A DNA stretch of 53,505 nucleotides from Acidobacterium sp. GTDB taxonomy: Bacteria; Acidobacteriota; Terriglobia; Terriglobales; Acidobacteriaceae. The position numbers and the translations under genes were made by a program. Each line of letters opens with the position of its first letter. The stretch's first letter is position 1. Location of the stretch: positions 12,780 to 66,284 of the forward strand of contig PMSS01000484.1 in NCBI GenBank assembly GCA_003167515.1. The letters run 5' to 3'. The notes below the pieces were generated by a model that saw only the letters and a program-made list of their open reading frames with translations, searched no databases and was not told the DNA's origin. Below are positions 1 through 7,433 of this stretch, piece after piece.

Positions 1-244
1 AGATTTCGGAGGGGAGGCGGCGAGCTTCGGTCAGCTTGCTGGTGAATTCCGCAAGTTGCGAACGGCTGGGCAGAGTGCCGTGCCATAGCAGGTAGGTGGT
101 CTCCTCGAAAGTGGATCGCTCGGCCAGTTCGTGAATGTCAATGCCGCGATAGGCGAGGACGCCGGCATACCCATCGATCCAGCAAATGCCGGAGTTCGCT
201 GCCACTATACCTTCAAGTCCCTTGACTACTGTTGCCGTCGCCAT
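1..244 (-). CDS. gltA: citrate synthase, N-terminal fragment (gene continues beyond the left edge)
   Basis: Not in the ORF track because it runs off the window. Hand translation of the minus strand from the ATG at 244-242 gives MATATVVKGLEGIVAANSGICWIDGYAGVLAYRGIDIHELAERSTFEETTYLLWHGTLPSRSQLAEF. This matches the conserved citrate synthase N-terminal pattern (GLEGV.A..S.I..IDG..G.L.YRG..I.EL...S.FEE..YLL..G.LP). A GGAGGAG Shine-Dalgarno lies about 10 nt upstream on the minus strand. Confidence 0.8.
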   Translation of the reverse strand, partial: MATATVVKGLEGIVAANSGICWIDGYAGVLAYRGIDIHELAERSTFEETTYLLWHGTLPSRSQLAEFTSKLTEARRLPSEI

Positions 245-462
245 GTGCTGCTTTCTCCTCCGCCCGGAGATGTGATGCCGCGATGGCGCGACGCGATTGC
301 GGGAGCGCCCATCTGAGGGAGCCTCCGTGGCCTGCGCGGAACGCCAGGAATCCTTCATATAGCTTACGCGATGATCGGCTGTTATTTGGCGCGCGGTCGG
401 CGAACCCGCAGATGACCGCCGTACGGAATGAGCGCTGCGGAAGCCTGGACGGCGGCTGGAGG

Positions 463-1548
463 TCAGGAAGCTGGCGACAGTGCGGGCGACAGGGCGAACC
501 GGCCGCAGCGGAAGGGCGACAGGTCGATCTCCGGCTCGCGGCCAACGATCCACTGGCTGAGCACGCGTCCGGTGCCGGGGCCCAGCAGGATTCCGTTCCT
601 GAAATGCCCTGTGGCGACCCAGCAACGTTCGCTGGTCTGGTCGATGATGGGCAAGCCATCTTCCGATCCGGGACGGAATCCCACCCAGGTTTCGGCGATG
701 TTGGCATCGCGCAGCGGCGGCCAGAGGTCGACGGCCCTCGAAAACAGATCATGAATGAGCCTGGGGTCTACGTTGCGATCGAAGCCCGCATCCTCGAGGG
801 TGGATCCGATAGTGTAGCGGGTGGCGCCACGCGGAATGATATAAACGCTCGCAGTTCGTAGCACGCAATGCATCTGCAATTCGCCGGGAAGCTCCGTAGT
901 CAGCATGTGGCCTTTGCGCGGAGCGACCGGGAGAGAACGATCCAGAGAAGGCGCCCAGGCTCCTGTGGCATTGAGAAAAGAGCCGGCTGAAAAAGTGCCG
1001 TCCGCTGTGACAATATCCACTCCTGATGTTCCGCCGCGAACGGTGAAAACCGATGTGTTTTCGCGCAACTCGATTCCGGCGGCACGCGCAGCGGCGGGAA
1101 GGGCCTCCGCCAGATCCCAGGCATCGATGCTTTGCTCTTCGAGCAGCAGGAATTTCCATCCGGCGGTGTTGGCGCCGGGGGCTCGTGCGTTGACTTCTCT
1201 TTCGCTGAGAACCGTTCTGAGAATCGTCGCATGGTCGAGTGTGGCGGGGAGATGTTTTACGCCCTGCACAGTGGTTGTGGTTCGGATGGGAATTCTCTTT
1301 GCGGAGAGATCCTCGACGCGAGCGAGAAATCCCGGATAGCAGGCGAGGCTGAGCTTCGCGAGCTCTCGTAGTTCAGTGGGATTCTCGGGATCTGCGCCGG
1401 CGAGCATCCCGGCCGCAGCTCGCGAGGCTTCCGACATCGCTTCACCCTGATCGAACACCGTTACGTTGCAGCCAGCGTCTTTCAGTTCGAGAGCGGAGGT
1501 CAGTCCGATGATGCCGGCACCGGCGATCGCCACATCGGCGCTGTTCAT
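463..1548 (-). CDS. thiO: FAD-dependent glycine oxidase (ThiO) / D-amino-acid oxidase family oxidoreductase
   Basis: 361-aa ORF. N-terminal dinucleotide fold (DVAIAGAGIIGLTSALEL) and a C-terminal GHFRNGILLGPGTG motif typical of ThiO/DAO enzymes. The overlapping + strand ORFs 232..861 and 428..754 look like GC shadows. Confidence 0.7.
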   Translation of the reverse strand: MNSADVAIAGAGIIGLTSALELKDAGCNVTVFDQGEAMSEASRAAAGMLAGADPENPTELRELAKLSLACYPGFLARVEDLSAKRIPIRTTTTVQGVKHLPATLDHATILRTVLSEREVNARAPGANTAGWKFLLLEEQSIDAWDLAEALPAAARAAGIELRENTSVFTVRGGTSGVDIVTADGTFSAGSFLNATGAWAPSLDRSLPVAPRKGHMLTTELPGELQMHCVLRTASVYIIPRGATRYTIGSTLEDAGFDRNVDPRLIHDLFSRAVDLWPPLRDANIAETWVGFRPGSEDGLPIIDQTSERCWVATGHFRNGILLGPGTGRVLSQWIVGREPEIDLSPFRCGRFALSPALSPAS

Positions 1549-2031
1549 ATTTTCATTTTAGTTTGCGCGGATCGTGTGGGACAGTGATGGCCCGATGATG
1601 CTGGATTACTTTAATTACCGACGCGAATGACTTTCGTGGTGCGATGTGATCGCGTTGAGGAAAACGCGGGGCAAAATTTTTCTGCGAGGAAGAAAGTTCC
1701 TTATTGAAGCGCATTTTTTCCTGACATAATCACGCTTATCCTTCCCTTGTGTTGTGGAATTTCCGGAAGAGTTTCGAACGGAACCTGCGCAGAGTTGGGG
1801 CCATTCGCAAACGAAGACGGGACCAGCCCAGAGATTGCGGAGATGGACTTCCGCGTGCAAACGTGTGAGCAAAATCTCGCAAGAATGGTGGAGCAGGTCG
1901 GAGCAGATAGAAACAGCGGCGTGCAGCTGCACGAGACTCTCGTGTGTGCTAATCCAGCGTGAACTCAGCCTCCCACCCCCAGGGAGAGTCAGCGCTCAAG
2001 CAGAGCCAAAGCGCGGGCACAACAGCAAGAG

Positions 2032-4083
2032 GTGAGGATGTACCAGGTCCCTGTTTGTTTTTCGTCAAAGTTCGGATCGAATCTGCACGGCAGTTTTTTG
2101 TATGAAAGCCTTTTTGGGGCCACCGGATGGTCGACGCGGCACCGCACTCAGAGATACCGGCTCCAGCAGTGCGCGGGGCTGATGGCAGGGCTCTCCGTAT
2201 TGCTGGCGTTGGCCGGCTGCGGGACGAATATACCGACCGCAGAGCTCACCGCCGCGGAGAGCTCGGTTGATTTTGGCGCTGTGACTGTGGGTCAGGCATC
2301 GAGCGCCACGGTCTCGCTCAAGAACAACGGCACGACCGCGGTTCAGGTCTCGCAGCTGAGCATCACTGGCCAGCCATTCAAAGTGGCGAGTCCGGGCAGT
2401 TATCCGGTCACCGTGGCCGCGGGTAGTACCTACAGCTTTCAGGTCCAATTCAGCCCGTCCGCCGCAGGTCAGTCGACCGGGCAGATCACGGTCGCCGGTA
2501 ATGAGACGGCGGGCGGATTTCCGGTGATAGGCCTGAGCGGACTGGGCGTACAGCCTCCTGCCGGGCCTTCACCTACGTCACCCGTTGGCGTGCTGAGTGG
2601 CATTTCCTGCAGCAATTTGTCGATCACGGGAACGGTAAGCGACCCTTGTACGGTCACGCTGACGGCGCGGGCGGCGAACGGTGGTGTGAGCGTGAGCCTG
2701 GTGAGCAGCGCCCCGGCGGTCACGGTGCCGAACATCGTTACCATTCCCGCGAACGCTACCAGCGCGAACTTCCAGGCGACGGCCACAGCGGTCACGGTCG
2801 CGCAGGCCGTTGAGCTCTGGGCTATGGAAGACAGCATCGCCGAAGCGGCCACCGTTCAGCTGAATGCCGCGGTTCGAACGCTGAGCAGCAGCGTAAACAA
2901 TCTTGTGTTCGGCGATGTGGCACTGAACACAGCAGCGACCCAGACTGTGACTCTGACCTCGGCCGGCAGCGAGCCGGTAACGGTCGCCTCGGCTACGCTG
3001 GCAGGTTCGGGCTACACATTGAACGGGCCTGGGCTCCCCGTCATTTTGAACCCGGGACAGGAGACCGTGCTAACGGTGCAGTTCGATCCCACGATTGTGG
3101 GGACGTCAACGTCGATGCTGACGATTAGCAGCGACGATTCATCGGGCGCTGCGACCGTGATCAACGTCAGCGGGACGGGCACGGAGGGCTCGAGCGGGTC
3201 AGGCGGTTCGGGCGGCGGCGGCGCAGCACAGCCGGCGATGCTGGGCGCGCTTTCGTGCAGCGCCGCATCGATCACCGGTTCGGCAACCGACAGCTGCAAC
3301 GTAACACTGACCGAAGCAGCACCCACGGGTGGCGTGTCGGTGAACCTGGCCAGCAACAATCCGGCGGTCACATTGCCGGTAACTGTGGTGGTTCCGGCTG
3401 GCGCGACCACCATCGGATTTGCAGCGGCCGTTACAGCGGTGGCGTCAGCGGAGACGGCGACTCTCACCGCAACGGCGAATGGTATTTCGCAGTCATTTCC
3501 ACTTCAGTTGAACGCCGCGGGGGCGTCTCTCACGGCCAATGCGGCTACTGTGGGATTCGGAAGCGTGCCCCTGAACACTGTTGCGATGCAAACCCTGACT
3601 TTGACGTCAACGGGCGCGCTGGCTGTTTCGATCAGTGGGGCGAGTGTGACCGGTACCGGGTTTACGGTTTCCGGGATTACACTTCCTGTCACACTGAATC
3701 CGGGGCAGTCGATCACCCTGGAGATCGGATTCCTGCCCACAGTTGCGGGAGTGGCGACCGGGCAACTGACGATCACCAGCAACGCGACTGCGGGTGGAAC
3801 CATGGCTATCGGGCTGAGTGGAACAGCCACGTTCGCCCACAAAGTCGCTCTCACCTGGATTGCCCCTTCAAGTTCTCCTGATCCGGTTGCTGGGTACAAC
3901 GTGTATCGCTCGCCAAGCGGCGGTTCCTCGTATCAATTGTTGAATGCGGGGGTCAATCTCTCAACGACCTATACGGACAGCACGGTGCAGGACGGCCAAG
4001 CCTACGATTACATGGTCACCAGCGTCGACAACTCGGGAGTCGAGAGTACTCCTTCGAACACGTACACTGCGACCATTCCATAG
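2032..4083 (+). CDS. secreted lipoprotein with three choice-of-anchor-D/ASH-like beta-sandwich domains, two Cys-pair Ig-like domains and a C-terminal fibronectin type III domain
   Basis: 683-aa ORF. Lipobox LLALAGC lies at nt 2209-2220 after a basic n-region (RHRTQRYR). The module VDFG.V.VG......V.L.N.G...V.VS....TG..F.......P.T...G.S.....F.P...G...G..T is repeated three times. Two paralogous about 92-aa C..C segments lie at 2590-2868 and 3241-3518. A Gly/Ser linker (GSSGSGGSGGGG) and a terminal FN3-like segment (LTWIAPSSSPDPVAGYNVYRS...YDYMVTSVDNSGVES) are present. The start is GTG 2032 or ATG 2038 (GAGG just upstream). Confidence 0.65.
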   Translation: MRMYQVPVCFSSKFGSNLHGSFLYESLFGATGWSTRHRTQRYRLQQCAGLMAGLSVLLALAGCGTNIPTAELTAAESSVDFGAVTVGQASSATVSLKNNGTTAVQVSQLSITGQPFKVASPGSYPVTVAAGSTYSFQVQFSPSAAGQSTGQITVAGNETAGGFPVIGLSGLGVQPPAGPSPTSPVGVLSGISCSNLSITGTVSDPCTVTLTARAANGGVSVSLVSSAPAVTVPNIVTIPANATSANFQATATAVTVAQAVELWAMEDSIAEAATVQLNAAVRTLSSSVNNLVFGDVALNTAATQTVTLTSAGSEPVTVASATLAGSGYTLNGPGLPVILNPGQETVLTVQFDPTIVGTSTSMLTISSDDSSGAATVINVSGTGTEGSSGSGGSGGGGAAQPAMLGALSCSAASITGSATDSCNVTLTEAAPTGGVSVNLASNNPAVTLPVTVVVPAGATTIGFAAAVTAVASAETATLTATANGISQSFPLQLNAAGASLTANAATVGFGSVPLNTVAMQTLTLTSTGALAVSISGASVTGTGFTVSGITLPVTLNPGQSITLEIGFLPTVAGVATGQLTITSNATAGGTMAIGLSGTATFAHKVALTWIAPSSSPDPVAGYNVYRSPSGGSSYQLLNAGVNLSTTYTDSTVQDGQAYDYMVTSVDNSGVESTPSNTYTATIP

Positions 4084-4253
4084 GGGGACGCTTCGGATGA
4101 TGGATCTTCACGAGGGCGGGTTCGGACAGTTCGGTGTCGGGGAAGAAGCGAATCGGCGTCGCGCCATGCGTGAGAATTTCGGTTCAAGTCCTTAGCGGTG
4201 GATGTCTCTGGCTATTTCAGGGGCGACGTGACGCCATGCCTTCGGTCCCACGT

Positions 4254-4259
4254 TATAAT
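4254..4259 (+). promoter_or_regulatory. perfect TATAAT hexamer, candidate -10 box upstream of the response-regulator gene
   Basis: cgTTATAATg sits in the 370-nt non-coding gap. No good -35 lies at 16-19 nt spacing; gTGACg is 20 nt away. Confidence 0.25.
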
Positions 4260-4455
4260 GAACCCTCGGGGCGGATCGCGTGCCCTTCCGAGAACTCAAT
4301 TAAGACCACTTTCTAAGCAACAAGTGCGGGTATCGCGGCACCGGAGTCCCCGGAGCCAAAGGGATACCGAAAGCTGACATTAGAGGGCAATGGCTCCGGC
4401 AGATGCGGAGACCATTCCCGCATCGGGCGCCACGGGGCTCGGCATTGGAATCCGC

Positions 4456-5142
4456 ATGGTTTCTTTGGGCAACAGTATTCCGGCTCCAATCAGGATCCTG
4501 ATCGCCGACGATCACCCACTTTTTCGCGACGGCCTTCGCCGACTACTGCAATCGCAGCCCGGGTTCGAGGTGGTGGGGGAAGCCTCGGACGGGGACGTGC
4601 TGGTGGACTTGACGCGGACTACCAGGCCCGACATTCTCCTGCTCGACCTGTCGATGCCGCGTCGCGACGGCATGGAGGTTTTGCGGGAACTCCTGGCCAG
4701 CAGGCTTCCGGTCCGAACCTTGTTGCTGACGGCATCTATCGAAAAGGCCCAGATCGTTCAGGCTCTGAAACTTGGAGCGTACGGCGTGATCATGAAAGAG
4801 TCGACCACGCAGCGGCTTTTTGACAGCATCCACTGCGTAATGGCCGGTCAATACTGGGTGGGGCGCGAGAGCATCACCGACCTGGTCAGGGCGCTGCGCA
4901 GTGTGGCGCCCGCCGATGACGGAATCGGACGCCGCGATTACGGCCTGACGGCTCGGGAGATCGAGATCGTTACCCTGGTGGTTGCGGGATATTCGAATCC
5001 CGATATAGCGCAGAGATGCGTGATCAGCGAGCAGACCGTGAAGCACCATATCAGCAACGTGTTTGACAAGCTGGGGGTCTCGAACCGGCTCGAGCTCGCC
5101 CTGTTTGCGGTCAATCATCGGCTGACGGCGGTGGCTTCCTGA
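4456..5142 (+). CDS. two-component response regulator, NarL/FixJ (LuxR-type HTH) family
   Basis: Receiver motifs are IRILIADDHPLF, ILLLDLSMP (phospho-acceptor Asp), LLLTAS and GVIMKES. The C-terminal LuxR HTH reads LTAREIEIVTLVVAGYSNPDIAQRCVISEQTVKHHISNVFDKLGV. The track ORF starts at 4390; the internal ATG at 4456 (MVSLGNSIPAPIRILIADDH) gives the usual receiver N-terminus. Confidence 0.9.
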   Translation: MVSLGNSIPAPIRILIADDHPLFRDGLRRLLQSQPGFEVVGEASDGDVLVDLTRTTRPDILLLDLSMPRRDGMEVLRELLASRLPVRTLLLTASIEKAQIVQALKLGAYGVIMKESTTQRLFDSIHCVMAGQYWVGRESITDLVRALRSVAPADDGIGRRDYGLTAREIEIVTLVVAGYSNPDIAQRCVISEQTVKHHISNVFDKLGVSNRLELALFAVNHRLTAVAS

Positions 5143-5211
5143 TGGTGGATCAAAGACCAGCCAGAAATTCCCCTCCCGGCCAGGGCGAGATGGGCGCCGT
5201 GCAAATGCCCT

Positions 5212-5226
5212 AAAAGTGCAACTTTT
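5212..5226. promoter_or_regulatory. palindrome AAAAGT-GCA-ACTTTT (candidate operator), with a half-site repeat AAAGTGCA at 5235-5242
   Basis: Read directly from the sequence, in the AT-richer gap between the response-regulator and PilZ genes. A CATAAT -10-like hexamer lies at 5254-5259. The same AAAGT-N3-ACTTT core recurs at 49945-49957. Confidence 0.3.
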
Positions 5227-5396
5227 CGATCCCCAAAGTGCACCGTAGTAACACATAATGGTTCTACACAACTAGCACTATGAAGTCATATGACGATAGT
5301 ACTGTCGGGCTATTGCTGTCCCCTGGGAAGTGCCCTAACCTTAAGCACGCAAGTTGAGATGGCAGGTTCGCTTTGGGTGCAATTCAAGGAGAAGGA

Positions 5397-5801
5397 ATGG
5401 ATTCGGAACGAGCCTTGAGCGCCACCCATACCGAGGTCTGCCGAGCCCATCGGTACGAAATAGGCACGGCCATCCGATACAGGGTGCAGGGAGAGAGAGG
5501 GTGGCATGAGGGAGTGACTGAGAATATCAGCATTTCCGGAGTGCTGATGCGCAGTGAACGCCCGCTGGATCCCAAAGTCGCAGTCGAGATGAGGTTCTTT
5601 CTGCCGGTGGAGCTGGACGGCGAAAGGGCCGCTGAAGTTTTCTGCCGAGGATTCATTATCCGTTCGTCGAAATGCAGGATCCCGGCCGGTACATTCACGA
5701 TCGCCGCCAGGATTATGCATTCACGATTTCTACGCCAAATGAGCAGCAAGGATTACGTGGCCGAAGACTCGCTCAATGGCAATCGACGATTGCCGGTTTG
5801 A
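5397..5801 (+). CDS. PilZ domain protein (candidate c-di-GMP receptor)
   Basis: Small single-domain protein containing CRAHRY...(26 aa)...NISISG, which corresponds to the PilZ RxxxR ... (D/N)xSxxG pair; the first Arg position is Cys. The ATG at 5397 is preceded by AAGGAGAAGGA. The track ORF begins at TTG 5373. Confidence 0.7.
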   Translation: MDSERALSATHTEVCRAHRYEIGTAIRYRVQGERGWHEGVTENISISGVLMRSERPLDPKVAVEMRFFLPVELDGERAAEVFCRGFIIRSSKCRIPAGTFTIAARIMHSRFLRQMSSKDYVAEDSLNGNRRLPV

Positions 5802-5804
5802 TTC

Positions 5805-5822
5805 ACTTTTCCTGTTAAAAGT
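5805..5822. other. inverted repeat ACTTTT-N6-AAAAGT immediately after the PilZ stop codon
   Basis: Arms at 5805-5810 and 5817-5822. It is an A/T-only 6-bp stem, so a weak terminator at best. It shares the AAAGT half-site with the 5212 and 49945 palindromes. Confidence 0.25.
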
Positions 5823-5972
5823 CAGGCGTTGCAGGCGAAATGCACTCCGAGTCGAAAGCTCGGCGCCGATGCCTGGGGTTTAGAATCTGACTGTGGAAAA
5901 AGAGCTCCTGTAGCTCACAGGGCGGAGCTGTACACACTTTCGCAATACGAGGGAGACGGAGCACTGAGCAGA

Positions 5973-6581
5973 ATGATGCCTCTGACGATCGCGAATGCCG
6001 AAACCGTGGACCGGCCAGTCTGGTGGGCGCTTTACACGCGACACCAGCACGAGAAGGCTGTGGCGGAGATGCTGTTGTGCAAGGGGCTCGAAGTTTTCCT
6101 GCCGCTCCATGAATCGATGCGGAGGTGGAAGGACCGGCAAAAGCTCCTGTCGCTGCCGCTGTTTCCCGGTTATGTCTTTGTGCAGGGCAATCTCAGCCGT
6201 AGACTTCAGGTCCTGACGACGCCGGGAGTGCACATGATCCTGTCGCGAGGGGAGCAGATCGCGGTCGTTCCGGACGACGAAATTCTGGCCATTCGGCGCG
6301 CGGTGGAAGGATCTTATCGGATTGAGCCCCATCCGTTTCTGAAGTGTGGCGAGCGGGTGCGGGTGACGCGAGGTTCGCTCGAAGGCGTGGAAGGGATTCT
6401 GGTGCGCAAGAAGAACCTCTATCGTTTGGTGCTGTCGGTGGATATGCTGGCGCGATCGGTGGGCGTGGAAGTCGATGCTTCCGATGTAGAGCCGGTTGCA
6501 GGGGAGAGCTCCCGAGAGGCATTATTCGGCCGTGCGCCCGTGGGGGAGGAGCGATTCAAAGAGGCGCCGCCGCCCGCATAG
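5973..6581 (+). CDS. NusG-family transcription antiterminator paralog (UpxY/RfaH-like)
   Basis: WWALYTRHQHEKAVAEMLLCKGLEVFLPLHESMRRWKDRQKLLSLPLFPGYVFV is the NGN domain pattern of the specialised NusG paralogs that head polysaccharide operons. A KOW-like segment follows (GERVRVTRGSLEGVEGILVRKKNLYRLVLSVD). The track ORF starts at TTG 5829; ATG 5973 (GGAG 11 nt upstream) gives a normal-length protein. Confidence 0.8.
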   Translation: MMPLTIANAETVDRPVWWALYTRHQHEKAVAEMLLCKGLEVFLPLHESMRRWKDRQKLLSLPLFPGYVFVQGNLSRRLQVLTTPGVHMILSRGEQIAVVPDDEILAIRRAVEGSYRIEPHPFLKCGERVRVTRGSLEGVEGILVRKKNLYRLVLSVDMLARSVGVEVDASDVEPVAGESSREALFGRAPVGEERFKEAPPPA

Positions 6582-6587
6582 CGTTGA

Positions 6588-6605
6588 TTTCAGTGCTTTC
6601 AGTGC
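6588..6605 (+). repeat. perfect 2 x 9-nt tandem repeat TTTCAGTGC in the leader between the NusG paralog and the export genes
   Basis: Read directly: gaTTTCAGTGCTTTCAGTGCca, starting 7 nt after the stop codon at 6579-6581. Confidence 0.9.
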
Positions 6606-6769
6606 CAATTTGAGACGCTGCCCGATCTTAATGTGAGTTACCATGCAGGATAAGCAGTAGCAGAAGAAAGCAAGCGTCCGATCAGGCGGAATTTGGACCT
6701 CTGACGGCCCGGCGCGGCGCGGAAGTCAGAGAACCTGGAGGCCTGGAGTTGGTCTCAGAAGTCAGGCGT

Positions 6770-7426
6770 ATGAGCAGCAGAATGGATCGGGCAATTCTCG
6801 CGGGAGTCTTCCTGATGGGGTTGGCGGGCGGCGCATGGGCGCAGGCACCGGCGAGCAATGCGTCCCATCCGGGATCCGGGAAGCCCGGCGGAGCTGAGTC
6901 CGACCCCTCGATGGCGCAGGCTGGACGCGCACACAGCGACAATACCTATGTAATTGGGGCTGCCGATCAGCTGGAGATCAGCGTCTGGAAGGAGCTGGAA
7001 CTCAGTAAGACCGTTACGGTCCGGTCGGACGGAAAGATCTCGCTGCCCCTGGCGGGAGAGATTCAGGCGGCGGGCCTGACGCCGCTGCAACTGGAAGGGG
7101 ACATCGCCAACCGGCTGAGAAGCTTCATAACAGAGCCGGAAGTCACGGTAATCGTCCAGCAGATCAACAGCCAAAAGTACAATGTGATGGGCCAGGTGAT
7201 CCGGCCAGGCTCCTATCCGCTGACCATCACAACGACAGTGATGGACGCGATTGCAAATGCCGGGGGGTTCAAGGACTTCGCGAAGAAGAAAGACGTCCGC
7301 ATCCTGCGGGGTAAAGCGGATGGCACAGAAACACGGTTAAAATTTAATTACGATGCCTTCGTCAAGGGCAAGAATCCCCAGACAAATATAAAGCTGCAGC
7401 CCGGCGACACAATCGTCGTAAACTGA
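6770..7426 (+). CDS. polysaccharide export protein, Wza/Poly_export + SLBB family (periplasmic/outer-membrane exporter)
   Basis: Signal peptide (AILAGVFLMGLAGGAWAQ). Poly_export motif YVIGAADQLEISVWKELELSKTVTVRSDGKISLPLAGEIQAAGLTPLQLEGDIANRL and SLBB-like NVMGQVIRPGSYPL...TVMDAIANAGG...IKLQPGDTIVV. ATG at 6770; the track starts at TTG 6749. Confidence 0.9.
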   Translation: MSSRMDRAILAGVFLMGLAGGAWAQAPASNASHPGSGKPGGAESDPSMAQAGRAHSDNTYVIGAADQLEISVWKELELSKTVTVRSDGKISLPLAGEIQAAGLTPLQLEGDIANRLRSFITEPEVTVIVQQINSQKYNVMGQVIRPGSYPLTITTTVMDAIANAGGFKDFAKKKDVRILRGKADGTETRLKFNYDAFVKGKNPQTNIKLQPGDTIVVN

Positions 7427-7433
7427 GGCGGCC

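Noticed and set aside
213-861. Overlapping ORFs 213..752 (-), 232..861 (+) and 428..754 (+) between the citrate synthase and thiO genes
   Set aside because: They overlap the 3' part of thiO in other frames or strands, and their translations are R/A/P/G-rich without motifs. The real content here is the thiO 3' end plus a 218-nt spacer.
1549-1760. Possible TPP (THI-box) riboswitch upstream of thiO on the minus strand
   Set aside because: I reverse-complemented the leader and found none of the conserved THI-box elements (CUGAGA, ACCUGAUCUGGAUAAUGCCAGCG-like core). Only a small 6-bp hairpin (CGCGTT/AACGCG) is present.
4181-4191. GGTTCAAGTCC, identical to a typical tRNA T-arm/T-loop core, in the gap after the lipoprotein gene
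   Set aside because: The flanking bases cannot form the 5-bp T-stem (only 3 of 5 pairs). No acceptor or anticodon arm can be folded around it. It is most likely a coincidence and not a tRNA or tRNA remnant.
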